A stretch of 64,000 nt of DNA from Paludibacter sp. (GTDB lineage Bacteria; Bacteroidota; Bacteroidia; Bacteroidales; Paludibacteraceae). Position numbers and translations under genes: made by a program. This document shows positions 1 through 9,015 of this stretch, piece after piece (position 1 is the first letter of the stretch; the number at the start of each line of letters is the position of its first letter). The stretch spans positions 6,868 through 70,867 of the forward strand of contig JAYFPP010000215.1 in assembly GCA_034927635.1 (NCBI GenBank). Direction: 5' to 3'. The notes beneath the pieces are model-generated. The model saw only the letters and a program-made list of their open reading frames with translations, did no database searches and was not told the DNA's origin.

Positions 1-1317
1 GGGCGAATCAATTATAACTTTCTTGAGAGATATTTACTTACACTTAACCTGCGTTACGACGGTAGCGATAAGTTTGGAAAAAATAATAAATGGGGGTTTT
101 TCCCGTCGGCTTCAGTAGGATGGAGACTTTCGGAAGAAAAATTTATGAAAGGATTTGAGCAACTTTCGAATCTTAAAGTGAGGATAAGTTACGGACAAAC
201 GGGTAACAGCAGTATCGGAAGCAATGCATTTGCATTTTACGATCCCGGTTCCAACCGCTTTGCCTTTGACAGCGCTCCGGTTACAGGGGTAGAATTAAGT
301 CAAATCGAAAATAATGACCTGAAATGGGAGACTACGACTGAATTTAACTTTGGACTTGATTTCGGTTTTTTTAATAACCGTATATCAGGTGCTTTCGAAG
401 TGTTCGACAAAACCGTCAGCGATTTGCTGGGTTCACGCGATTTACGTTCGTGGATGGTGGTTCCTACAGTATCGGCCAACCTTGGTAAAACCCGAAGTCG
501 TGGTGTTGAGTTGACTTTGAATACAGTGAATGTGAAAACTCATGATTTTCAATGGAGTAGTGACTTTACATTCACACGTTACCGCGACAGATGGAAAGAA
601 CGCAGTCCGGATGTGGTGCTGAGTCCGTGGCAGAAAGTTGATGATCCTATTCGTGCCATTTACTACTGGCAGACAGATGGAATCATACAGATAGGAGAAA
701 CTGTTGATCATATGCCGAATGCAGTTCCGGGAAATGCAAAAGTAAAGGATGTAAATGGTTTTGATGAGAATATGAACTATACAGGCCATCCTGACGGAAT
801 AATCAACGAAGCCGATATTGTATACTTAGGTACCACAGATCCTGATTTTTCACTGGGATTCAACAATACATTTAAATACAAAGGTTTTGATTTGAATATA
901 TATACCTATGGTGTTTTTAACCAGTTGGCTTTTAACGGTGTGAAGAGAAAATACATAGGTTATAGCAGTCATATGGTGGAAGATGGAACAAATCTTTGGG
1001 TTGAAGCTTCAAAACGCTGGTCGTCCGGGAATCCTAACGGTATCTATCCCGGTGATGCAACGAACTCATACATGGGAGCCGATGCCTGGACGCTCGAAGA
1101 TGCCACATTTGTTCGTATCAAGAACATTACACTGGGCTATAACTTTCCAAAACAATTATTGACTAAAGAAATAAGAAGTATAAGACTATATGCCGATGTT
1201 CAGAATCCATTTTTGTTTACTCAGTGGGAAGGGATGGATCCTGAAATAGCCGGTGCCAATAAGGCGCCATATCCTAATCAACGTTCATATTCTATTGGTG
1301 TTAATCTGGAATTCTAA
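1..1317 (+). CDS. susC: SusC-like TonB-dependent transporter, 5'-truncated by the window edge
   Basis: Frame 1 is open from base 1 (GRINYNFLERY...RYDGSDKFG...WGFFPSASVGWR). It contains DLKWETTTEFNFGLDFGF and ends YPNQRSYSIGVNLEF. SusD follows directly. Confidence 0.95.
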   Translation, partial: GRINYNFLERYLLTLNLRYDGSDKFGKNNKWGFFPSASVGWRLSEEKFMKGFEQLSNLKVRISYGQTGNSSIGSNAFAFYDPGSNRFAFDSAPVTGVELSQIENNDLKWETTTEFNFGLDFGFFNNRISGAFEVFDKTVSDLLGSRDLRSWMVVPTVSANLGKTRSRGVELTLNTVNVKTHDFQWSSDFTFTRYRDRWKERSPDVVLSPWQKVDDPIRAIYYWQTDGIIQIGETVDHMPNAVPGNAKVKDVNGFDENMNYTGHPDGIINEADIVYLGTTDPDFSLGFNNTFKYKGFDLNIYTYGVFNQLAFNGVKRKYIGYSSHMVEDGTNLWVEASKRWSSGNPNGIYPGDATNSYMGADAWTLEDATFVRIKNITLGYNFPKQLLTKEIRSIRLYADVQNPFLFTQWEGMDPEIAGANKAPYPNQRSYSIGVNLEF

Positions 1318-1331
1318 TAAATATTCATAAA

Positions 1332-2837
1332 ATGAAAAAACAGCTCTATATAATTATAATAGTTGCTTCACTAATTGGATTTTTATCCTGTGAAGGCAAT
1401 CTGGAACCCGAGGTATACAACAGATTATCGCCAACAAATTATCCTGAAACGGAAGAAGATTATGTGACATTAGTGAATAATGTCTACGGACAATTCAGGT
1501 ATAATAATGCATGGTATCGTTACTCCTGTGATCCTCAATCACGAATGATTCTGGGAGAGATAGGTACAGATGAGTTGTATATGCCCTGGGAGTGGGCACA
1601 ACGTCCTCAGTCGACTTTCGATTTTAATCCGGGCTACGATTTATTTCATAATTTCTATACCAGGATGGTGCCTTCAGTGACTAAGGCCACCTATACGCTG
1701 GCATTGATTGAAGAATCGGACCTGGAGGAACAGATGAAAAACCGGTTAATGTCGGAAGTGATATGTTGCAGGGCACAATGGCTGTATGATTTAGGCTCAT
1801 TTTACGGACCTCCTCCGGTGGTGCTCGATAGAGAAAAAGCAAAAAACCCAAAGGAACTGTACTTCCCTCCCCGTTTGTCGGAAGAGGATTACCTGGCTTT
1901 TGTGGAAACTGATATTAAATATGCCATGAAACACCTTCCGGTGAAGTACGAATCGGGTGCTGATTATGGAAGATATACGAAGGGTGCCGCTGCCAGTATC
2001 CTGATGAAAATGTATATGCAACATAAGCGTTTTGCTGATGCAGTGTCAATATCTGACAGCATCATGGCTTGTGGTTATGGTCTTGTGAGTGAATACTCAA
2101 AAATATGGGACATCAATAATGAAAAGAATGAAGAATGCATTTTTGTACTGACAGCACCGAGCAAAGAACATGTGAATGCCAATATCTACAGAGCGCATGT
2201 CTTGCCGTCCGACTGGGTATCATTGAGTGGTGCCAAAGTGGTTGCCTATGATGGATACCGTATACCATGGACTATCTACGACAAGTTTGATAAGGAAGAT
2301 AATCGTTTGTCGACACTGATCAAGGATTACTACATCATGAAAAATAAAGTTCCAACGCTGGTAGACGGTCGAAAAACGGGGCGTTTACGCAACGGAGCTA
2401 TTCCTTTGAAATATGGTGAGGATCCTGCATCGGACGGACTGTTTTGCGGTACTGACATTGTTTTGATTCGTTATGCTGATATTTTATTGCTGCGAGCCGA
2501 AGCCCTGAACGAGATCAATGGCCCGAACAAGGAGTCGATCGACCTTATAAATCAGATTCGTGATCGTGCCTTTAACAACAATCCTGCAAAAAGGGTGAGT
2601 CTGTCGATGTTTGCCGATGCGCAGAGTCTGAAAGATTATATTCTTCAGGAACGTCAGTTTGAACTCTTATTTGAAGGAGAACGCAGGTCCGACCTGATCC
2701 GGCATGATAAATATATACAAATGGCACAGGACAGGGGAGTGACGAATGCGCAACCTCACCATGTACGTTATCCGCTGCCAAGTTTTATTATCATTGAAGG
2801 ACAGGGAAATATCAAACAAAACTACGGATATAATTAA
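1332..2837 (+). CDS. susD: SusD/RagB glycan-binding lipoprotein
   Basis: Lipobox FLSC; motifs IRYADILLLRAEALNE and ERQFELLFEGERRSDLIR; ends QNYGY; follows SusC. Confidence 0.95.
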   Translation: MKKQLYIIIIVASLIGFLSCEGNLEPEVYNRLSPTNYPETEEDYVTLVNNVYGQFRYNNAWYRYSCDPQSRMILGEIGTDELYMPWEWAQRPQSTFDFNPGYDLFHNFYTRMVPSVTKATYTLALIEESDLEEQMKNRLMSEVICCRAQWLYDLGSFYGPPPVVLDREKAKNPKELYFPPRLSEEDYLAFVETDIKYAMKHLPVKYESGADYGRYTKGAAASILMKMYMQHKRFADAVSISDSIMACGYGLVSEYSKIWDINNEKNEECIFVLTAPSKEHVNANIYRAHVLPSDWVSLSGAKVVAYDGYRIPWTIYDKFDKEDNRLSTLIKDYYIMKNKVPTLVDGRKTGRLRNGAIPLKYGEDPASDGLFCGTDIVLIRYADILLLRAEALNEINGPNKESIDLINQIRDRAFNNNPAKRVSLSMFADAQSLKDYILQERQFELLFEGERRSDLIRHDKYIQMAQDRGVTNAQPHHVRYPLPSFIIIEGQGNIKQNYGYN

Positions 2838-2896
2838 CGCTTTCTATACCATAGTAGAATAACTAAAAATCAGTGTTAATTTTAAATTAGATAGTC

Positions 2897-5674
2897 ATGA
2901 AATCACAGCTTTTTTGTAAAGTTATATTTGGAATTTATTTGTTCTTTTCAACAGGGAATGTTTTTTCACAACTTGCTCTAAACACTCAGGCTCAAGCCAT
3001 ACTTTCTAATCCATCAACCGGATTAGTAGCTACAACCTTAAATGATACTAATTATACATACGCTGATCGGAATACAAATGCTATAGCATATGCATTAAGT
3101 GTTTTAACGCCAGGACAAGACTTGCAACTTCCAGATGGTATGTATGATGTGACAACTATTCAAATACCATCGTTACTTTCAGGTTTGACGATTACCGGAA
3201 CAGGTATTAATACTACGATCTTGAGACGAAAAGCTTTTACCTGGGATAATAATTCTCAGGGCGACTGCTTATTAAGAACTGAGATATTCAGAGTGCAAAA
3301 TATTCAGAGTTTTGAACTCAGAGATATGACTCTTGATGGGAATTGTCATCAAATTGCAATATGCGGCGAAGGAACATTTGATTTATCAACAGGTCAGATC
3401 GTTGATAGGACTCCTCAATTCCCTGTTTATTCAAACAATGAGAGCTCTGGTAATGTTATTAACATTATTTTGTCTAATGATATAAACTTCGATAATGTCA
3501 ATTTTAAGAATGGTTATGGTTGGTGTGTTTATTTAGGGAAGACCAATGGTTTTCATATGCAAAATTGTATTATTGATACAGGGAACCTTTCAACGGAATT
3601 TAAAGGGCATAAAAATCTCAATAATGATCTTATGCATGCACATACTTCACAAGATGGATTACACTTAGTTAATGTAAGTAATGCTTTAATTGAATATAAT
3701 GATATTCATTCTGAAGATTCAGGAATAGCTTTAGAACTCAATCCATTGTGGGACTGGGGTGGTTATGATATCTCACAAAATATAATTATTCGTAACAATT
3801 ATGTCTCAACAGCTAGTCCAACCGATCCTGACAAATTAATGAATAATGTCGATCAAATATATGGATCAGGTCTGGCTGATAGATGGATTGGACAAAGCGC
3901 TGTTGATATTTTTTATTGTGATCCTTTCGACCCTGAGGGTCAAATATTAATGGGAGGTAATCAAGGACCTTTTCGTAATATTGAAATTTCTCAAAATGCG
4001 TTTGATGGAGTCAGGCAAGGTGTCAGATGTGGTTTTTTCTTAGGAGGTGGAGCTAATAATTCTGAAAATATCAATCATCGTATTTATAATTTGAAGATAA
4101 AAGATAATTGTCCAACTTACATGGCTGGACGTGATAGAAATAAACCGGCAGGTATCCAGAATGTGAATAAAAATGATATTTCTACTAGTTGGAATTTGAA
4201 TGGAGGGGCTGGTATCGCCGTTCGACATACAGATTCTGTACTTGTAAGTAATAATTTTATAAAGAAATGTAATGGTGGAATAGGCATTAATGTTCAAGAG
4301 GTAACTGAATTTTATATTTTAAATAATATTGTCGATAGTATTAGTGGAACTCAATTGGGGAATGTTGATTGGACAGGAGATCAATATGTGTGGGCAGGAG
4401 GAGAAGGTATCAGGGTTTATAACACCCAGTCGACAGGTCAGTATGATGCATTGAATTTCTTGATTCAAGGGAATAAGATTGGCGCTGTCGCTACCTCTAA
4501 GATAGCTGTAATCAACACAAAAAACGGGGTTGCAAAATTAGATGAGAATTATAATTTATCAAATTTAAGTCTTTTCCAAATATCAAAGGGCATAAATGCT
4601 CAAAATACCAGTAATATTGATTGGGGTGTTTTCTCTCCATCAATAACAAACACAACGGTTTCCAGTGTACTTACGAGCGATAATTTCGAAAATCAATCTG
4701 AGTGGGCAAGGTGTAGCTCATTAAACAACCAACTTGGTGGAGTCGAAAATCATAGTTGGTACTATTGGGGTGGGCAATTAGCGTGGCCGGGTATAAGTGC
4801 AGTCGGTGGAACGAAGGCAATGGGAGTTGTTTGGGGAGGAATTGTCCCATTAACGGGATTTGCAATCAATACTGATTCAATATATCAAATAGAATGTTTA
4901 GTGCACTCAACAGGAGGAAATGATGGTACATGGAATAATTGGAGTGGGGTGCACTTGTTTGCATCTGATGATACTAATATTTGGCAGAATAGTGGTGTCC
5001 GTATAAGATTGCAAAACGGAGCAACAGGAATTGGTTTCAGTAACCCAAGCCGTTTAATAACTGAATGGTGGGAAGGTATTAATAATACTTATCATAATGT
5101 TGAGGTAAATGACTTTTCGGCAGATCCAACTGTTTATCAAATTAATGGAGCAAATGAAAATAATTTCTGGATTCCTTTAAAACTCATTTTTACAGGAGCG
5201 GGCAATAGTTATAGCCCTTTGAAGATAGATTATTATCTTAATGATACGTTTGTTGGTTCCACCTCATTAGATAATCTTTCAGGTTTAGGAGATAGAATGC
5301 TTGGCCTTGCCCGTTACGGAACAAGTAATGACAATGCAGCTTTTGATAACTTTAAACTCACTAAATTACGAAACAATACCCCTTCATATGTGAATTCTTT
5401 CATGACAAATAGTATTGAAGTAAAAGATCCTGTTAATAAAGAATTCTCAGTTCAGTATAATAATAAAAGTTTAGGTATAGAAATATATTCAGCGACTAAT
5501 TCTCCGGCAGAATATCAGATTTATAATTTAGCCGGAATTCCTTTATATACTGGCAATATAACAAAAAATAAAACAGTCGTGGCAACTAATGAATTACATC
5601 GGGGTGTTTATATTGTGAAGATAGTTAATCTTTCTTCTTCAAAAACAGAGACTTTTAAGGTTATAGCACAGTAA
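2897..5674 (+). CDS. T9SS-secreted right-handed beta-helix glycoside hydrolase-like protein plus Trp-rich beta-sandwich domain plus CTD
   Basis: Signal peptide; pectate-lyase-3-like start (LPDGMY...ITGTGINTTIL); QDGLH...HSEDSGIAL; second domain homologous to ORF 5848; CTD IYNLAG...GVYIVKI...TFKVI. Confidence 0.75.
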   Translation: MKSQLFCKVIFGIYLFFSTGNVFSQLALNTQAQAILSNPSTGLVATTLNDTNYTYADRNTNAIAYALSVLTPGQDLQLPDGMYDVTTIQIPSLLSGLTITGTGINTTILRRKAFTWDNNSQGDCLLRTEIFRVQNIQSFELRDMTLDGNCHQIAICGEGTFDLSTGQIVDRTPQFPVYSNNESSGNVINIILSNDINFDNVNFKNGYGWCVYLGKTNGFHMQNCIIDTGNLSTEFKGHKNLNNDLMHAHTSQDGLHLVNVSNALIEYNDIHSEDSGIALELNPLWDWGGYDISQNIIIRNNYVSTASPTDPDKLMNNVDQIYGSGLADRWIGQSAVDIFYCDPFDPEGQILMGGNQGPFRNIEISQNAFDGVRQGVRCGFFLGGGANNSENINHRIYNLKIKDNCPTYMAGRDRNKPAGIQNVNKNDISTSWNLNGGAGIAVRHTDSVLVSNNFIKKCNGGIGINVQEVTEFYILNNIVDSISGTQLGNVDWTGDQYVWAGGEGIRVYNTQSTGQYDALNFLIQGNKIGAVATSKIAVINTKNGVAKLDENYNLSNLSLFQISKGINAQNTSNIDWGVFSPSITNTTVSSVLTSDNFENQSEWARCSSLNNQLGGVENHSWYYWGGQLAWPGISAVGGTKAMGVVWGGIVPLTGFAINTDSIYQIECLVHSTGGNDGTWNNWSGVHLFASDDTNIWQNSGVRIRLQNGATGIGFSNPSRLITEWWEGINNTYHNVEVNDFSADPTVYQINGANENNFWIPLKLIFTGAGNSYSPLKIDYYLNDTFVGSTSLDNLSGLGDRMLGLARYGTSNDNAAFDNFKLTKLRNNTPSYVNSFMTNSIEVKDPVNKEFSVQYNNKSLGIEIYSATNSPAEYQIYNLAGIPLYTGNITKNKTVVATNELHRGVYIVKIVNLSSSKTETFKVIAQ

Positions 5675-5847
5675 TTTATTTATAGTGCAATTGGAGAAGT
5701 CTATCTGAATTACTAATTGATTAAGTAAACTTATTAAATGCGATATTAAATTTTTTTACTAACAGGCTCTGAAAGCGTAAACTATTCTAACCTGCAGTCA
5801 AAGTTGTATATAATATATTAAATTCACAAATTTTAAATTTTACTGTT

Positions 5848-6927
5848 ATGAAAAAAAACTATTTATTTTTAATTGCTTTGGTATTCTCGGCATCAGTGTA
5901 TGCACAGCAAATCACAGGACTACAGGTCCTGGAAGTATTGGCAAGTGATGACTTTGAAGATGATGCTGCGTGGGTCAATTTTGACCAGAAAACCGGTATT
6001 GATGTTAAGCTGAACAATGCTTTAGGCGGCACTCAGCAGTATAACTGGTCGAACGAATGGGGTGGCGCCTGTGTACATGGAGGAAAAAGTGCCGTGAGTG
6101 GAAATAATTGTATTCAGTTGCATTGGGGTGGAACAGTCAGATTACAGGGATTTGAAATCAACCCGGATAAGGTATATCAGTTGGAAGTGATGGTACATCC
6201 TCTTGGTGGTAAATCAGGAGAGTGGAACAACTGGGGAGCTGTACATTTGTTTGTTTTCGATCAGTCGAATGTTTGGCAAACACAAGGCGTCCGGGTAAGA
6301 ATTAGTAATAATGGCGAAGGAGGAAGTCCGGCCTTACTGGCACTTGATGTTTGGGAAGGGGAACAGGGAACGGAACGTCCGGTGAATCTTCTTCAATTCT
6401 CAGATAAATGGACAGAATACACCATCGACGACGCTAAAGATGCCACTCCGGGCTTCTGGATTCCTTTAAAACTCGTTTTCAGGGGTGAAGGATCGGTTGC
6501 AAAACCACTCATCATCGACTTTTATCTGAAGAATAAGTTTGTTGCAACACAAACATTTGATAATATTTACTGGCTGGGTGATAGTATGATTGGTATTCAA
6601 AACGGATCAGACAATTCAGATGTATGCCGTTATGATAATATCAAATTATCAGTTATGAGTCAGGGAACAGGACTGAAACAAACTATTGCGGAAGAAATAT
6701 CGGTTTCTCAGTTAAAAGAAGGTAATTTGCAGATTGATAGTGAAATAAATGGGGAAAATATCGGTTATACCGTGTACAATATTTCAGGAATAGCAGTAAA
6801 AAAAGGCAATCTTTCCAACCGGATTACATTGATAAACTCAACTGACCTGACTTCCGGAGTGTATATTTTACAGGTAAAAGATCATCTCACCGGAAATTCC
6901 AAAACGGTTCGTACAATTTTAAAATAG
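5848..6927 (+). CDS. T9SS-secreted Trp-rich beta-sandwich (candidate CBM/lectin) protein
   Basis: Signal peptide; shares WNNWxxVHLF, GVR.R and FWIPLKL.F motifs with the second domain of ORF 2897; CTD VYNISG...GVYILQV. Confidence 0.7.
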   Translation: MKKNYLFLIALVFSASVYAQQITGLQVLEVLASDDFEDDAAWVNFDQKTGIDVKLNNALGGTQQYNWSNEWGGACVHGGKSAVSGNNCIQLHWGGTVRLQGFEINPDKVYQLEVMVHPLGGKSGEWNNWGAVHLFVFDQSNVWQTQGVRVRISNNGEGGSPALLALDVWEGEQGTERPVNLLQFSDKWTEYTIDDAKDATPGFWIPLKLVFRGEGSVAKPLIIDFYLKNKFVATQTFDNIYWLGDSMIGIQNGSDNSDVCRYDNIKLSVMSQGTGLKQTIAEEISVSQLKEGNLQIDSEINGENIGYTVYNISGIAVKKGNLSNRITLINSTDLTSGVYILQVKDHLTGNSKTVRTILK

Positions 6928-6936
6928 CAAGTTTGA

Positions 6937-6974
6937 CTGAGTCTGTCTGATCGTGAACTTTCAGACAGACTCAG
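6937..6974 (+). other. Intra-operonic stem-loop (perfect 14-bp inverted repeat, no U tail)
   Basis: CTGAGTCTGTCTGA-N10-TCAGACAGACTCAG between co-oriented genes. Confidence 0.8.
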
Positions 6975-6993
6975 CAATCATAAATTAATTTTA

Positions 6994-9015
6994 ATGCAAA
7001 AATCTGTCTTTTCATTACTTCTACTTATCATAATTCCCTGTCATCTTTTTAGTCAGGAACTGAACCTGAATGATAAATGTCAGGCTGTACTCTCCAATAC
7101 TGAAACCGGATTGGTGGCATCGGTCGACGGAACCTTTGATGATGCTGTTGCTGAACGAAATGCCAAAGCTATCACAACGGCTCTGAGTCGTTTAGGGCGA
7201 ACTCAGGACCTGTTATTGCCGGAAGGGATTTATTATGTTAACACCATTCTTGTTCCTAAAACAATAAGAGATTGTACAATAGCCGGTGCCGGAATTGGAA
7301 AGACGACGTTAATACGTAGCCCTTTTTCCTGGGATAACAATACGCAGGGTGATTGTCCGCTACGCACTGAGGTATTTCTGGCCGAATATGTTACAGGATT
7401 AGAACTGAGGAACATGACCATTGATGGTAGCAGTCAGTTTATGGCTATATCGGGCTATGGAAAGTGGAATACATCTACAGGAGAATTCTCGGATGGATTG
7501 CCTCAATTTCCAACATATAAAAGTAATGATGGGTATTCTGCCTCCGGTGGCAGCTTGATATCCATCAGGTTAAGCAATGACATCACCTTCGAAACTGTAG
7601 AATTTAAGAATGGATATGGCTGGTGTTTACTTTTAGGTAAAATAAATGGGTTCACCATGCGGAACTCTATCATTGATACGGGAAATTTATCCACCGAATT
7701 TAAGGGACATTTTAATGCTCCTCCCAATAATCAGGTAATGCATATGCATACTTCACAGGATGGCTTACATATGGTAAATGTGAGCAATGTGTTGATTGAA
7801 TATAACGATATTCATTCAGAGGATTCAGCAATTGCCATCGAATTAAATCCTTCGTGGAACTGGGGCGGATACGATGTTGTGGAAAATGTGGTGGTCAGAA
7901 ATAATTACGTGAGCACTATGAGTCCGTCGGATCCCGGGAAATTGATGAACGACGACGATGTCATATACGGAACAAATCTGGCTGATGTATGGATGGGACA
8001 AAGTGCGGTGGATATTTTCTATAACGAAAACTTTGATTCGCAAGGCAGTACGCGTTATGATGGCAGCGTGTACTTCAGAAATATAGAGATAAGTGAAAAT
8101 GCCTTTGAGAACGTAAGACAGGGCGTAAGATGCGGTTTCTTTATCGGGGCATCGTTAGGGCATTTCAATCACAGGATATTTAATCTGACAATAAAAAACA
8201 ATACACCTGAATACACAGCAGGAAGGAACAAGGACCGGCCTGCCGGTATCCGTAATGTGTTTAAAAACTCACATGCCACCTCGTGGAATAAATCAGGAGG
8301 GGCTGGTATTGCGGTACGTTATACCGATTCTCTCACTGTTTCCAACAATCACATCGAAAATTGTGTAGGCGGATTGGGTATCAGCATTGAGAATGTTACA
8401 GATTTTACTATTGTTGATAACTTTATTGATAAAATATCGGGCAAAAGTCTTGGCGATCTTGGGTCGCAGTGGACCGGAGGAGAAGGTATCAGGATAAATA
8501 ACCGCTATCTGACAAACGATCCGAATTTAGATAACGGCTATTTTAATGCAGGCAGTTTTCTGGTAGAGCGAAACAGGATCGGAGACGTTGAAACCACAAA
8601 GATTGCTGTACTTACAACCAAAAACGGAATTATTAAATTAAACGAAAACCACGACCTGAATGGCATAGCATTGTGTGCTCTGGAAAATGGGATCTACAGG
8701 GCCAATATAACGGAAATTGACTGGGGAGGCGAATGTAATACCGCTGTAGATGAAACAGATGATAATAGTTCAGATGTAAAATTGCTTCCGGGCAATGTTT
8801 TTCCCGGCAACCTGATTGTAGAATTACTTCAGCAGACAGTTGAAAATGTAATGATTGATTTGTTCAATATACATGGCAAAAAAATCTACTCGAATATTTT
8901 ATCTGTTGGTACAAATGTGGTTCCCATGCAACATTTACCCAACGGAATATATTTGTTATCTGTTGATGGACAAAAAGAAAAAAAACTTATTAAACTCATA
9001 AAACATAAAAAATGA
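6994..9015 (+). CDS. T9SS-secreted beta-helix glycoside hydrolase-like protein (paralog of the ORF 2897 N-terminal domain)
   Basis: Extensive shared blocks with ORF 2897 (FKNGYGWC..LGK.NGF, IIDTGNLSTEFKGH, HTSQDGLH, WGGYD, RQGVRCGFF, GGAGIAVR); CTD LFNIHG...GIYLLSV. Confidence 0.75.
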   Translation: MQKSVFSLLLLIIIPCHLFSQELNLNDKCQAVLSNTETGLVASVDGTFDDAVAERNAKAITTALSRLGRTQDLLLPEGIYYVNTILVPKTIRDCTIAGAGIGKTTLIRSPFSWDNNTQGDCPLRTEVFLAEYVTGLELRNMTIDGSSQFMAISGYGKWNTSTGEFSDGLPQFPTYKSNDGYSASGGSLISIRLSNDITFETVEFKNGYGWCLLLGKINGFTMRNSIIDTGNLSTEFKGHFNAPPNNQVMHMHTSQDGLHMVNVSNVLIEYNDIHSEDSAIAIELNPSWNWGGYDVVENVVVRNNYVSTMSPSDPGKLMNDDDVIYGTNLADVWMGQSAVDIFYNENFDSQGSTRYDGSVYFRNIEISENAFENVRQGVRCGFFIGASLGHFNHRIFNLTIKNNTPEYTAGRNKDRPAGIRNVFKNSHATSWNKSGGAGIAVRYTDSLTVSNNHIENCVGGLGISIENVTDFTIVDNFIDKISGKSLGDLGSQWTGGEGIRINNRYLTNDPNLDNGYFNAGSFLVERNRIGDVETTKIAVLTTKNGIIKLNENHDLNGIALCALENGIYRANITEIDWGGECNTAVDETDDNSSDVKLLPGNVFPGNLIVELLQQTVENVMIDLFNIHGKKIYSNILSVGTNVVPMQHLPNGIYLLSVDGQKEKKLIKLIKHKK

